This document shows, one piece after another, positions 37,974-47,474 of a stretch of DNA of 64,000 nt (positions within the stretch are counted from its first letter, which is position 1; each line of letters opens with the position of its first letter). Position numbers and translations under genes: made by a program. Source of the DNA: a virus. Below the pieces are notes generated by a model that was not told the origin of the DNA, searched no databases, and worked only from the letters and a program-made list of their open reading frames with translations. The DNA lies in IMG/VR virus record IMGVR_UViG_3300009081_000012, positions 1 through 64,000 of that record, one strand, 5' to 3'.

Positions 37974-38990
37974 ATGGAGGAGTTTGTGGAAGAAATGATG
38001 TTCAAAAATAAATCAATTTTAATTACTGGAGCAACTGGGTCTTGGGGGCAGGAACTTACAAAACAGCTCATTACTATGGAGCCAAAGAAAATTATCCTAT
38101 TTTCCAGAGGAGAGCTGGCTCAGGTAAATATGGAAAGAAAGTTTATGAGCGATAAGTTAGAGTTCGTTATAGGAGACGTGCGGGACACCAACGCGGTAGA
38201 TAGATTATTTAACAATAAACAAATCGACTGTGTCTTCCATTTGGCAGCCCTAAAACACGTACCAGTGTGTGAAAATCAACCACAGGAAGCTATAAAAACA
38301 AACATTATAGGAACAACCAACCTGGTCAACTCAGCGGTGAAATACAAGGTAAAGAAGTTTGTAGATGTATCCACCGATAAAGCAGTATCCCCCACTAACC
38401 TGTATGGGTTCACCAAAGCAGTAGGTGAGAAGATAGTTATTCAAGCCAACAATCTAACAAACCGTACAGACTTTGTTTGTGTAAGGGGAGGAAATGTTTT
38501 AGGTTCTAATGGTAGCGTTGTTCCTTTGTTCATTGACCAGATAAAGAAATTTAATAAGATTACACTTACATGTGGAGAAATGACTAGATTTTTCTTAACG
38601 CTTTCGGAAGCCATCTCATTACTTTTCCAGGCTGCTGAATTTAGTGTGGGCGGGGAAACGTTTGTTATGAATATGCCATCGTTTAATATATCTGATGTAG
38701 CAGAAGCACTTATAGATCACTATGGAGACGCAGATACAACTATAGAAGAAATTGGTATAAGAGAAGGAGAGAAGATACATGAGGTGTTAGTGTCTGAACA
38801 TGAGTCTTCAAGATCTTATGTTTTCAACAATGATTATTATGTCATTATGCCCGAACTAAAAATTTCAAGAGATTATAGTCATATAAAGAATATGAACAAG
38901 GTTTCCTTCGATAGATTTTCGTCAGACACTAATATTAAAGATCAGGAATATTTAACAGGGCTTCTTAATAAGGGAGGATTTTTGGTATGA
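37974..38990 (+). CDS. UDP-GlcNAc 4,6-dehydratase/5-epimerase (FnlA/WbvB/PseB-like)
   Basis: GATGSWG, AALKHVP, STDKAV, YGFTK, GNVLGS, MTRF. Confidence 0.9.
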   Translation: MEEFVEEMMFKNKSILITGATGSWGQELTKQLITMEPKKIILFSRGELAQVNMERKFMSDKLEFVIGDVRDTNAVDRLFNNKQIDCVFHLAALKHVPVCENQPQEAIKTNIIGTTNLVNSAVKYKVKKFVDVSTDKAVSPTNLYGFTKAVGEKIVIQANNLTNRTDFVCVRGGNVLGSNGSVVPLFIDQIKKFNKITLTCGEMTRFFLTLSEAISLLFQAAEFSVGGETFVMNMPSFNISDVAEALIDHYGDADTTIEEIGIREGEKIHEVLVSEHESSRSYVFNNDYYVIMPELKISRDYSHIKNMNKVSFDRFSSDTNIKDQEYLTGLLNKGGFLV

Positions 38991-39805
38991 AAGTTTTTGT
39001 ATTAGGTCACAAAGGAATGCTAGGTAGGTATGTTTATACCTATTTGAAATCAAAAAACTATGATGTTGTAGGATTATCTCGTTCTGAAATAGATGCCTCA
39101 TGTATTTCCAGTGTCGAATTAAAATCTAAATTATTAGATGTAGATTTTAATGAAGGAGATGTGGTTATAAATTGTATAGGCATAATCAAAAGAAACGATG
39201 TTCCAAAAAAAGACTTCACTGCGGTTAACACTGTTTTTCCACACACACTTGCTTATGTTTGTGAACGTGTTGGAGCAGAACTTATACACGTTAGTACAGA
39301 TTGTGTTTATGATGGTCTTGAAGGAAATTATAATGAGAATCATGTACATACTGCAAAAGATTTGTATGGTATAAGTAAATCAGAAGGAGAAATAGGTAAT
39401 ATCACAATAATACGAACATCTCTTATTGGTGAGGAGCTTGATCAACAACGTTCTTTAATAGAATGGATTAAATCCAACAAAAACAACACAGTTTCTGGTT
39501 ATACTAATCATGTGTGGAACGGTATTACATGTTTACAGTTTGCCAAACTGTGTGATGAGATTATGGAAGAAGAACTTTTTTGGCGCGGAGTAAAACACAT
39601 TACATCTCCATCTAAAATAACCAAACACGATTTGGTTAAACTTGTATCAGAGATTTATGAATTAAATGTCACTGTTATTCCTCATGAAACTGAAACAAAA
39701 TGTGATAGGTCTTTATCCAGTGTTCGCGGAGAAATAGTGTTCAAGATTCCTGAGTTACGAGAACAACTAATAGAAATGAAATCTTTTACACTTGACAAAT
39801 ACTAA
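38987..39805 (+). CDS. NDP-4-keto-6-deoxysugar reductase (RmlD/WbvR-like)
   Basis: GHKGMLG, STDCVY, YGISK, IRTS. Confidence 0.88.
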   Translation: MKVFVLGHKGMLGRYVYTYLKSKNYDVVGLSRSEIDASCISSVELKSKLLDVDFNEGDVVINCIGIIKRNDVPKKDFTAVNTVFPHTLAYVCERVGAELIHVSTDCVYDGLEGNYNENHVHTAKDLYGISKSEGEIGNITIIRTSLIGEELDQQRSLIEWIKSNKNNTVSGYTNHVWNGITCLQFAKLCDEIMEEELFWRGVKHITSPSKITKHDLVKLVSEIYELNVTVIPHETETKCDRSLSSVRGEIVFKIPELREQLIEMKSFTLDKY

Positions 39806-39819
39806 AAAGGTATTATAAT
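39792..39819 (+). promoter_or_regulatory. sigma70-like promoter for dam
   Basis: TTGACA-16-TATAAT. Confidence 0.65.
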
Positions 39820-39825
39820 TAGTAA

Positions 39826-40644
39826 ATGATAAAATCATTTTTAAAATGGGCTGGCGGAAAAAGTAAAAGCGCTCCGCTAATAAGCGAAACCATTGGTGTT
39901 TTGAATGGAAGACTAATAGAACCATTTGTTGGGTCTGGTGTGGTATTTGTAAATATACCAGCACTCAGTTATATTATAGGGGATTGTAATAGTCATCTAA
40001 TTAACGTATTTAAAGAGCTTAAAAATAATGGCGACTATTTTGTAAAAAAAACGGAAGAGCTATTCAAACCAGAATTCAACAACAAGGAAACTTTTTACAA
40101 ATTTAGAGAACAGTTCAATAAAACTGACGACGCTTTTGAAAAAGCATGTCTGTTTGTTTATTTGAACAAACATTGTTTTAATGGTCTCTGTAGATATAAT
40201 AAAAAAGACGAATTCAATGTTCCGTTTGGAAAATATAATTCTATACAATTTCCAAAAAAAGAAATGTTAATTTTTATAGAGAAACTTAAAGTTTGTGATA
40301 TTTATTGTCAGGATTTCGAACAAACTATACAAATGGCAAAACCCGGTGATGTTATATATGCAGATCCTCCATACACACCGTTAACAGCTACAGCCCAATT
40401 TACAGATTATAGTGCCGAAGGATTTGGAGCGGAGCAACACATTAGATTAACAAAACTGGCGGAAGAAAGCTGTTGTAGGTTTCTGATATCAAATCATGAT
40501 ACAAAAGAAACTAGGGAATTATATAATAACGCAGACAGAATAATAACTAAAAATGTTAATAGATTTATTAGTGGAAAAGGAGAAGGTCGCAAACCAGTAG
40601 TTGAGTTGTTAGCTATTTATGAAAAAGGAAAAGGGAGAGTTTAG
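39826..40644 (+). CDS. dam: DNA adenine methyltransferase
   Basis: LKWAGGK, EPFVGSG, FNGLCRYN, DPPY. Confidence 0.93.
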   Translation: MIKSFLKWAGGKSKSAPLISETIGVLNGRLIEPFVGSGVVFVNIPALSYIIGDCNSHLINVFKELKNNGDYFVKKTEELFKPEFNNKETFYKFREQFNKTDDAFEKACLFVYLNKHCFNGLCRYNKKDEFNVPFGKYNSIQFPKKEMLIFIEKLKVCDIYCQDFEQTIQMAKPGDVIYADPPYTPLTATAQFTDYSAEGFGAEQHIRLTKLAEESCCRFLISNHDTKETRELYNNADRIITKNVNRFISGKGEGRKPVVELLAIYEKGKGRV

Positions 40645-40645
40645 A

Positions 40646-41200
40646 ATGAGTTATGCATGCACCATTTTTGGTAATATTTTTGAACATAAAACAACACAAG
40701 GCGGTAATGCTAATTTATCCGGTAAGAAGTTGGAGGATGATGTTGAACAACTGATTTTAGAAAAAAATATAAAAGTCATGGATGATTGTGGCCGTGAAGA
40801 CTATTCCGATTATTGTGTAAATGGTGGTTATGAAGGGCTTCTTGTGAGACAGGTTACGAAAAAAAGATGGCATGGTGGAAATGGAAAATATGATTTCTGG
40901 TTTTGTATTAATGGTAGAGAACCTATAAGAATAGAGTGTAGAAGACAAAACGTTTCTGGATCTGTTGATGATAAACTACTGGCTCTGTTTTATGATTCGT
41001 TGGTCGGGAAGGAAAAATATATTATCATTATCATAGATGGAAACGGTTGTAATCCTGACGCACTTGACTGTCTTAAAGAGCTGTGTGAAAAAACTACGGA
41101 TAAGATAATCAAAGTGATGACGTTACCTGAATTTAAGAACTGGTTAGATTCTGAATTTATGGAGGTATTTAAAGAGGTGTCAATAAATGAAAGTTATTAA
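40646..41200 (+). CDS. PD-(D/E)XK nuclease (restriction endonuclease-like)
   Basis: QGGNANLSGKKLE..KYDF..IECRRQNVSGSVDDKL; directly follows dam. Confidence 0.65.
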   Translation: MSYACTIFGNIFEHKTTQGGNANLSGKKLEDDVEQLILEKNIKVMDDCGREDYSDYCVNGGYEGLLVRQVTKKRWHGGNGKYDFWFCINGREPIRIECRRQNVSGSVDDKLLALFYDSLVGKEKYIIIIIDGNGCNPDALDCLKELCEKTTDKIIKVMTLPEFKNWLDSEFMEVFKEVSINESY

Positions 41201-41741
41201 TTTATTTGGAGCCCCAGGCGCCGGTAAGTCGACAACCGCAGCCGGATTATTTTTTTTAATGAAACTACATAGCGATATAATAGATAGTGTAGAAATTGTG
41301 ACCGAGTTTGCCAAAGATCTTGTGTATGCTGGGCGCACAAAAGAATTGGCAGGGGATAATCAAATATACATATCATCTAAACAATATGGAAGATTACATA
41401 GATTAAGAGGACAGGTAGATTATGCCGTAACAGATTCCCCAATTCTCCTTAGTTCAATATACGCTTCAGATGATTATTTTCCATCCTTTAAGCAACTGAT
41501 TAAAGAAATGTTCGATTCGTTTGAAAATATTAATTTTTATATACACAGGACAAAACCATATCATGGATACGGCAGAGTACAAACTGAAGATGAAGCGTCT
41601 GTAATAAACAGCAGGATCTTAGACATATTAAAAGAATACAACATCAATTATACAAACGTGGATGGTGATACCGAAGCCCCAAAGAAAATTTTTAATACAA
41701 TTAAAGAGATGGGAGGTTTTAATGATTGTAGAAAAAAATAG
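41187..41741 (+). CDS. P-loop kinase/ATPase (NadR/AAA_28-like)
   Basis: GAPGAGKST, TDSPILL. Confidence 0.8.
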   Translation: MKVINLFGAPGAGKSTTAAGLFFLMKLHSDIIDSVEIVTEFAKDLVYAGRTKELAGDNQIYISSKQYGRLHRLRGQVDYAVTDSPILLSSIYASDDYFPSFKQLIKEMFDSFENINFYIHRTKPYHGYGRVQTEDEASVINSRILDILKEYNINYTNVDGDTEAPKKIFNTIKEMGGFNDCRKK

Positions 41742-41952
41742 TAGTCTATTGAATTGCTTTAACGGTGATCATAATTTAATAGAAATTTATAGACAGGTTA
41801 TAGACGATAGTGAAGAAAATGTGATTAGATGGTGTAATATATGTGGGTCTGTTGTAGTGGATGGTGAATATGATGGAATAACCCATCCAGGAAAAATTCT
41901 TAAGATGTTAAGCCCACAAACAATAAATATGTTAAAACCATCAGACTATTAA
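41722..41952 (+). CDS. hypothetical protein
   Basis: GGAGG SD; WCNICG. Confidence 0.5.
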   Translation: MIVEKNSSLLNCFNGDHNLIEIYRQVIDDSEENVIRWCNICGSVVVDGEYDGITHPGKILKMLSPQTINMLKPSDY

Positions 41953-41996
41953 TCTAACCGCCTATTAGATAGAACACTATACAAAATTTAATAAAG

Positions 41997-42581
41997 GTGA
42001 TTATTATGAAAAATAAACTACATTTAGCGCATGAGTTTGTGCTTAAAAAGCATGCTAATCAAACAAGACGTTTTACTGGTGAACCATATGTAAAACATTT
42101 GGAGGAAACTGCCCAGTTGTTATGGGAGGCATCTCCAAATTCAACAGAGGACGACTTTATAGCCGCTGTTTTGCATGACACGGTTGAGGACACAGATACA
42201 AGTATAGACGAAATAGGGCAGTTGTTTGGTTGTTATGTTATGAAAATTGTTGCTGAACTTACAAGTAATAGTTCTGAAAAAGACAAGTTCGGCGCAGATA
42301 TTTATATGACCAATAAAATAAACAACATGTCAAACAAAGCATTTAGTATAAAATTGTGCGATAGATTAAGTAATGTAATAGGATTGAAGCATCCAAAAGT
42401 TCCAGATTCTTTTGTTAAATATTATTGGAACAACTCTAATTTTATCATTAGCAACATAGAGAGAGAATTGGATGATACACAAAAACAGCTTATTGACAGA
42501 ATTAGTAGCATGTTGATTTATTTAAAGATGACTCGAAACATATCGTTATACGATATGGATATTTCAGTAAATTCTAATTAG
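41997..42581 (+). CDS. small alarmone hydrolase (RelA/SpoT HD domain, Mesh1-like)
   Basis: HANQTRR..EPYVKH..LHDTVEDT..IKLCDRLSN. Confidence 0.88.
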   Translation: MIIMKNKLHLAHEFVLKKHANQTRRFTGEPYVKHLEETAQLLWEASPNSTEDDFIAAVLHDTVEDTDTSIDEIGQLFGCYVMKIVAELTSNSSEKDKFGADIYMTNKINNMSNKAFSIKLCDRLSNVIGLKHPKVPDSFVKYYWNNSNFIISNIERELDDTQKQLIDRISSMLIYLKMTRNISLYDMDISVNSN

Positions 42582-42595
42582 GAGGTGCATATAAT

Positions 42596-42730
42596 ATGAT
42601 ATATTCTATTATATTTTTTATAGTAGGTCTTTTAGTAGGCTGGAATCTTTTCCCCCAGCCGGTGTTTGTTAAAAATCTATGGGACAAGATTAAAGCTAAA
42701 CTTACTAAAAAAGACACAAAGACTGTTTAA
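42596..42730 (+). CDS. small membrane protein (44 aa)
   Basis: MIYSIIFFIVGLLVGWNLFPQP; GGAGG SD. Confidence 0.55.
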   Translation: MIYSIIFFIVGLLVGWNLFPQPVFVKNLWDKIKAKLTKKDTKTV

Positions 42731-42757
42731 TAAAAACACAACATTGGGGGATTACAC

Positions 42758-43015
42758 ATGGCACAACAACATAGAGTGGTTTTCTTAACAAAAGGGCAAA
42801 TGGCTCCTGAAAATTCAACAGGTATTGCGTTGGCTAATGGTAGTATTGTTTGGATAGGTGAAGAAGGTACATTCCCTGTTACGGCTTCGTTGGGAACACA
42901 TTTGGAAACAGATCCTGAATTTCTAACAACATATGATAATAGAGAAGCAACTGTTGAAGAAATAGCAGAGTATGATTATATACTCGCTAATCCATCACAA
43001 CCACCAAATCCATAA
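42758..43015 (+). CDS. hypothetical protein
   Basis: 85-aa ORF. Confidence 0.6.
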   Translation: MAQQHRVVFLTKGQMAPENSTGIALANGSIVWIGEEGTFPVTASLGTHLETDPEFLTTYDNREATVEEIAEYDYILANPSQPPNP

Positions 43016-43064
43016 AATAAAATAACTACAATTAAAATAAAAGAAGGAAAAGGAGATTTATATA

Positions 43065-44120
43065 ATGGATCAAGATAATAGTCTGGATTTAATTATTAGG
43101 AATGGTTTAGATCTTACTGATAAAGCTAATACACATTTAACATCGTTACTTGATAAAACAAATGTGTTTAATCAGATAACAACGAGAGCTGTAGAGGGAA
43201 TGGATCTGATACCAAAATTTCATGTTTTTGATGAAGGTAAATTAGCAATCATAGCCGAAAGAATGCCAGAAATCAACAGAGCCACGCGCGCATTAGGTAG
43301 GAAAAACACACAAACAACAAACAGATTAATGACTCTTACTATGTTGAACGGTATTTCACCTATGAGAATAGTGCGTCAGTGTTTGTCAGAAATAGAAAAT
43401 CGTAGACAGGCTATAAAAGAAAATAGATTTAAAATAGCAGAAAACTATGTTAAACTTAACAAAATAAAATATGAAATAAATAAAGTAGAAAACAAACTTA
43501 ATGTGGTAGCCACATCTATATTAGAAGCCGAACAAAACAACAAAACACAGGAATTGGTTGAGTTTAAAGATACACAAACTAACTTGTTGTTTGATTTGGA
43601 TCTTAAAAAAATAAAAATGGAAAAGCTTATTACCACGATACACGATTCAATGTTGTATCTAGAAGGAGCTCTGAAAGATGTTGCTTCTTTTCAAGCATCT
43701 TATTTACAGATATGCAAGAATAAAAATATACCTGAAAACTGGGATGAAAGAGATTTAGAAGAGGCAGAAGTTAGGCATCATGTACAAATGGGTTTTCTGC
43801 TTCTACTAAGAGATTTGTTGACCGGCGGGCGAATAGGAATGGCTACTGCCGAATATTTACAACAGTTTGGAATTCATCCAATGATGGCAAGTGATTTAAC
43901 AGCTGAATATATTCAAAAATGTTCAGGAAAATTAGCAGAATTAAGAAGTAAAGAGGAAGTTTATTTAGATGAGTTATTAAGTATAGACAGCCTTCATGAG
44001 TTTTTGGAAGATATAAGTGATAAGTTTAAAGATGAATATAAAAAGGTATTGAAACAGATAGGTATAGAAGATTTACACGAAGACTGGTATATGTATAAAG
44101 ATCACTATAAAGGGGACTGA
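43065..44120 (+). CDS. coiled-coil protein of the propeller module
   Basis: long heptad region; NTQTT..LMTLTML..SPMR..RQ motif. Confidence 0.7.
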   Translation: MDQDNSLDLIIRNGLDLTDKANTHLTSLLDKTNVFNQITTRAVEGMDLIPKFHVFDEGKLAIIAERMPEINRATRALGRKNTQTTNRLMTLTMLNGISPMRIVRQCLSEIENRRQAIKENRFKIAENYVKLNKIKYEINKVENKLNVVATSILEAEQNNKTQELVEFKDTQTNLLFDLDLKKIKMEKLITTIHDSMLYLEGALKDVASFQASYLQICKNKNIPENWDERDLEEAEVRHHVQMGFLLLLRDLLTGGRIGMATAEYLQQFGIHPMMASDLTAEYIQKCSGKLAELRSKEEVYLDELLSIDSLHEFLEDISDKFKDEYKKVLKQIGIEDLHEDWYMYKDHYKGD

Positions 44121-44124
44121 TTAA

Positions 44125-45204
44125 ATGCCTTATAAAATTTCTGGAACAAAAAATGACACAGCTACACTTTATGTAATTAATGAGGCTGATGACATATTAG
44201 AAAAATACGTTGTAATAAGTGGAACTGGTGCTTATGAAATAGATTCACTATCAGAAGGAAAAAAGTTAATTATCGCTAAAAAATCAGATGGAGAGACTCT
44301 CGCGTTTGGATATGTGGATCCAATTAGCTATTCTTTTTCAGTTGATAGGGGTGTTTTTGCTGGTGGTTATGATGGGATGGGTGCTGGTACTGTTGTAAAT
44401 ACTGTAGATTATATAACTATCTCAACTACAGGAAACGCGTCTGATTTTGGTGATACACTTGCTCTAAAAGTCGCAACCGGGGCTTGTGCTAGTGATACCC
44501 GTGGTCTTTTCGGTGGTGGCGCTGATTTTGAATGGATGGCCACAAATGTAATTGAGTGTATAACAATAGCCACAGTTGGAAATACGACTGATTTTGGTGA
44601 TTTGACTATTGGTAGATATTATTTAGGATCCTGTTCAAATAATACAAGGGGTCTTTTTGCAGGCGGTGATACAGACTCTGATGTAGTAGACACAATTGAT
44701 TATGTGACAATAGCTTCATTAGGTAACGCTACTACGTTTGGATCATTACTTACAACTAAAACAGGCGTTGGAGCATGTGCTAGTAGTGTTAGAGGCGTTT
44801 TTGCTGGTGGTTCTGCAGGTGTTATAGAATATGTGACCATAGACACAACTGGTAATTCTGTGGATTTTGGTGACTTAGTTGGGGCAAGACAGTATGTAGC
44901 AGCATGCGCTAGTTCAACTAGAGGCGTGTTTGGTGGTAATGGTCCAACAACATCTAACGTTATAGACTACATAACAATAGCTACACTTGGAAATGCTATT
45001 GATTTTGGAGATTTAACTACTAGTAGAGCGTTTGTTGGTGCGTGTTCTAATAGTGTTCGAGGTGTTTTTGCCGGTAGCGATCTTAGTAATGTCATTGACT
45101 ATATAACCATTGCCACTGTTGGTAATGCGGTTGGTTTTGGAGATTTAACACTAGCAAGGGATGAGATAGCCGGATGTTCAGACTGTCATGGAGGTTTAGT
45201 ATAA
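44125..45204 (+). CDS. six-repeat Kelch-like beta-propeller protein
   Basis: 6x RGxFxG..IDYITIAT.GNA.DFGDL; C-terminus GCSDCHGGL. Confidence 0.75.
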   Translation: MPYKISGTKNDTATLYVINEADDILEKYVVISGTGAYEIDSLSEGKKLIIAKKSDGETLAFGYVDPISYSFSVDRGVFAGGYDGMGAGTVVNTVDYITISTTGNASDFGDTLALKVATGACASDTRGLFGGGADFEWMATNVIECITIATVGNTTDFGDLTIGRYYLGSCSNNTRGLFAGGDTDSDVVDTIDYVTIASLGNATTFGSLLTTKTGVGACASSVRGVFAGGSAGVIEYVTIDTTGNSVDFGDLVGARQYVAACASSTRGVFGGNGPTTSNVIDYITIATLGNAIDFGDLTTSRAFVGACSNSVRGVFAGSDLSNVIDYITIATVGNAVGFGDLTLARDEIAGCSDCHGGLV

Positions 45205-45235
45205 TTCTTTAAAATAGGAAAAGGAGATTTTTATA

Positions 45236-45988
45236 ATGGAATTAAATTTAATGATAGCTACACCAGCTTATGGGGGCATGGTACATATAGATTATTTGGA
45301 TTCAATGATAGCTCTTGTAAGAGGTGGAATGGAGCACGGTGTAGGAGTTGAAATAGTAACTATAGGGAATAACTCGTTGGTACCGAAAGCAAGGGACACT
45401 TTAATTTCTTATTTTAATGAAAACAAGTCGTACACACATTTAATTTATATAGATGCTGATATCAAATTATCAAACGATACTATTCCAGCACTATTAAAAA
45501 GAAATGTGGATGTTATAGGTTGTCCAGTACCTCTTAAAGGATACGACGAACAAGGACTTCCGGTCTTAAATGTTGGTAAAGTTTTTTCATTTGACGAAAC
45601 CGGTTTGGCTGATGTTGAACATATAGGTAATGCTGTTTTAATGTTATCTAGAAAAGCCGTTACAGATATAATTTCTGTCTCAGAAAAATATGAGCACAAT
45701 CCTCGTTTTTCGCGGGGAGAAAAATTAGTACAGACTAATTATGAGGTTTTTAAAATAGGTGTTGTAAATGGTAATTACTTACCAGAAGATTATTATCTGT
45801 GTTATCGATTAAGACAGCTTGGTTACAAGATATATGCCGACTATTCAAAAATACCAAGACATAACGGTATGTATGGTTTTGAAGTTAATAATAATCAATT
45901 AAATGGTTTATTTAATAAATACCTCAATAAACCAATTGTTCCAAAAGTGGTGTCGTTACTAGATAAACTAAATAAAGTTAAAAAATAA
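45236..45988 (+). CDS. GT-A fold glycosyltransferase (phage type)
   Basis: IATPAYGG, SLVPKARD, IDADI, LPEDYYLC. Confidence 0.75.
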   Translation: MELNLMIATPAYGGMVHIDYLDSMIALVRGGMEHGVGVEIVTIGNNSLVPKARDTLISYFNENKSYTHLIYIDADIKLSNDTIPALLKRNVDVIGCPVPLKGYDEQGLPVLNVGKVFSFDETGLADVEHIGNAVLMLSRKAVTDIISVSEKYEHNPRFSRGEKLVQTNYEVFKIGVVNGNYLPEDYYLCYRLRQLGYKIYADYSKIPRHNGMYGFEVNNNQLNGLFNKYLNKPIVPKVVSLLDKLNKVKK

Positions 45989-46028
45989 AGCGTGTGTGTA
46001 AAGACTTGAATAAGGGAGATCAAAACAA

Positions 46029-47420
46029 ATGCCTTATAAAATTTCTGGAACAAAAAATCAGACAGCAATACTTTATGTAATTGACGAACTTAATAACACA
46101 TTAGAGAAACATACTACAATAAGTGGAGCAGGGTCGTACGAAGTAAATGATCTTTCAGGAGGAAGAAAGTTAATTTTAGCTAGAAAAATAGACGGCGAAA
46201 CTCTTGGTTATGGATATGTAGATCCAATTAGTTATGTTGTGTTATCAACAGTAACTACTCAGGCAGTTTCATCTATAACTAGTTCCAGTTTTATTGGTAA
46301 TGGTAATATAACAGATACGGGCGGCGCCAACTGTACCAGACGTGGTTTCTGTTATATGCTTGGTACTTCAGGTGATCCAACCACAGCAAACTCAACGGCT
46401 TACGATGATGGTAGTTTTGGAACAGGCCCTTACACAAAAACAGTAGAGGGTTTATTAAGTTCAACTAGTTATAGAGTTAGGGCTTATGCGGTTAACACCA
46501 TTGGAACTTCCTATGGAACAACCGTTCAGGCCGAAACTGCTGCCGAAGAAGCAGCAGGAATAGATAGGGGAGTGTTTGCTGGAGGATGGACCGGATCAAA
46601 TCAAAACTATATAGATTATATAACAATATCTACCACAGCAAATGCCACAGATTTTGGGGATCTGTCACTAACAAGGTATGGTCAGGCAGGATGTGCTTCT
46701 TCTACAAGAGGAATATTTGGCGGAGGTTGGACAACAGCATCTGTTAATACTATAGATTATATAACAATTGCTACGATTGGAAATGCTATAGATTTTAGTG
46801 ATTTAAGTGTTAAAAGAAACTATATCGCGGCTTGTTCAAATAATACCATAGGGGTGTTTGGTGGTGGTACACTAACCGCCAACGTTAATACTATTGATTA
46901 CATTACAATAGCCTCTCCATCAAACGCAACCGATTTTGGAGATCTAACTGCTACAACAAGAGCTATGGCTGGATGTGCTTCACCAACAAGAGGATTGTTT
47001 GGAGGAGGTACTGTTATTGGTGTTACTGATAAAGTGGAGTATATTACTATATCCACCCCAGGCAATGCTTCAGTATTTGGTTATTTAACTGCAGCCAGAA
47101 CTGCCATATGCTCATGTTCCTCATCAACAAGAGGCGTTTTCGCTGGTGGAAGCTCGACATCTAATATCATAGACTATGTAACCATAAATTCAACAGGAAA
47201 TGCTGCTGATTTTGGTGATTTAACAATAGCACGATATAACGGAGCTGCTTGCACAAATAGCACTAGAGGGGTGTTTGGTGGAGGATATAATTCGTCTAAT
47301 AATAACACTATTGATTATATCACTATTGCAACCGTTGGAAATGCTACAGACTTTGGTGATATGTCATTCCTCAGATCACGATATGGTGGTTGTTCAGATT
47401 GCCATGGTGGTTTATCTTAA
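46029..47420 (+). CDS. beta-propeller protein with FN3-like insert, paralog of 44125
   Basis: shared N-domain MPYKISGTK; YRVRAYAVN FN3 motif; 6 repeats. Confidence 0.75.
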   Translation: MPYKISGTKNQTAILYVIDELNNTLEKHTTISGAGSYEVNDLSGGRKLILARKIDGETLGYGYVDPISYVVLSTVTTQAVSSITSSSFIGNGNITDTGGANCTRRGFCYMLGTSGDPTTANSTAYDDGSFGTGPYTKTVEGLLSSTSYRVRAYAVNTIGTSYGTTVQAETAAEEAAGIDRGVFAGGWTGSNQNYIDYITISTTANATDFGDLSLTRYGQAGCASSTRGIFGGGWTTASVNTIDYITIATIGNAIDFSDLSVKRNYIAACSNNTIGVFGGGTLTANVNTIDYITIASPSNATDFGDLTATTRAMAGCASPTRGLFGGGTVIGVTDKVEYITISTPGNASVFGYLTAARTAICSCSSSTRGVFAGGSSTSNIIDYVTINSTGNAADFGDLTIARYNGAACTNSTRGVFGGGYNSSNNNTIDYITIATVGNATDFGDMSFLRSRYGGCSDCHGGLS

Positions 47421-47474
47421 ATTTTTTAGATGATGTGTTAATTAAAAAAAATTAAATAAAGGGAGAAAATAAAA

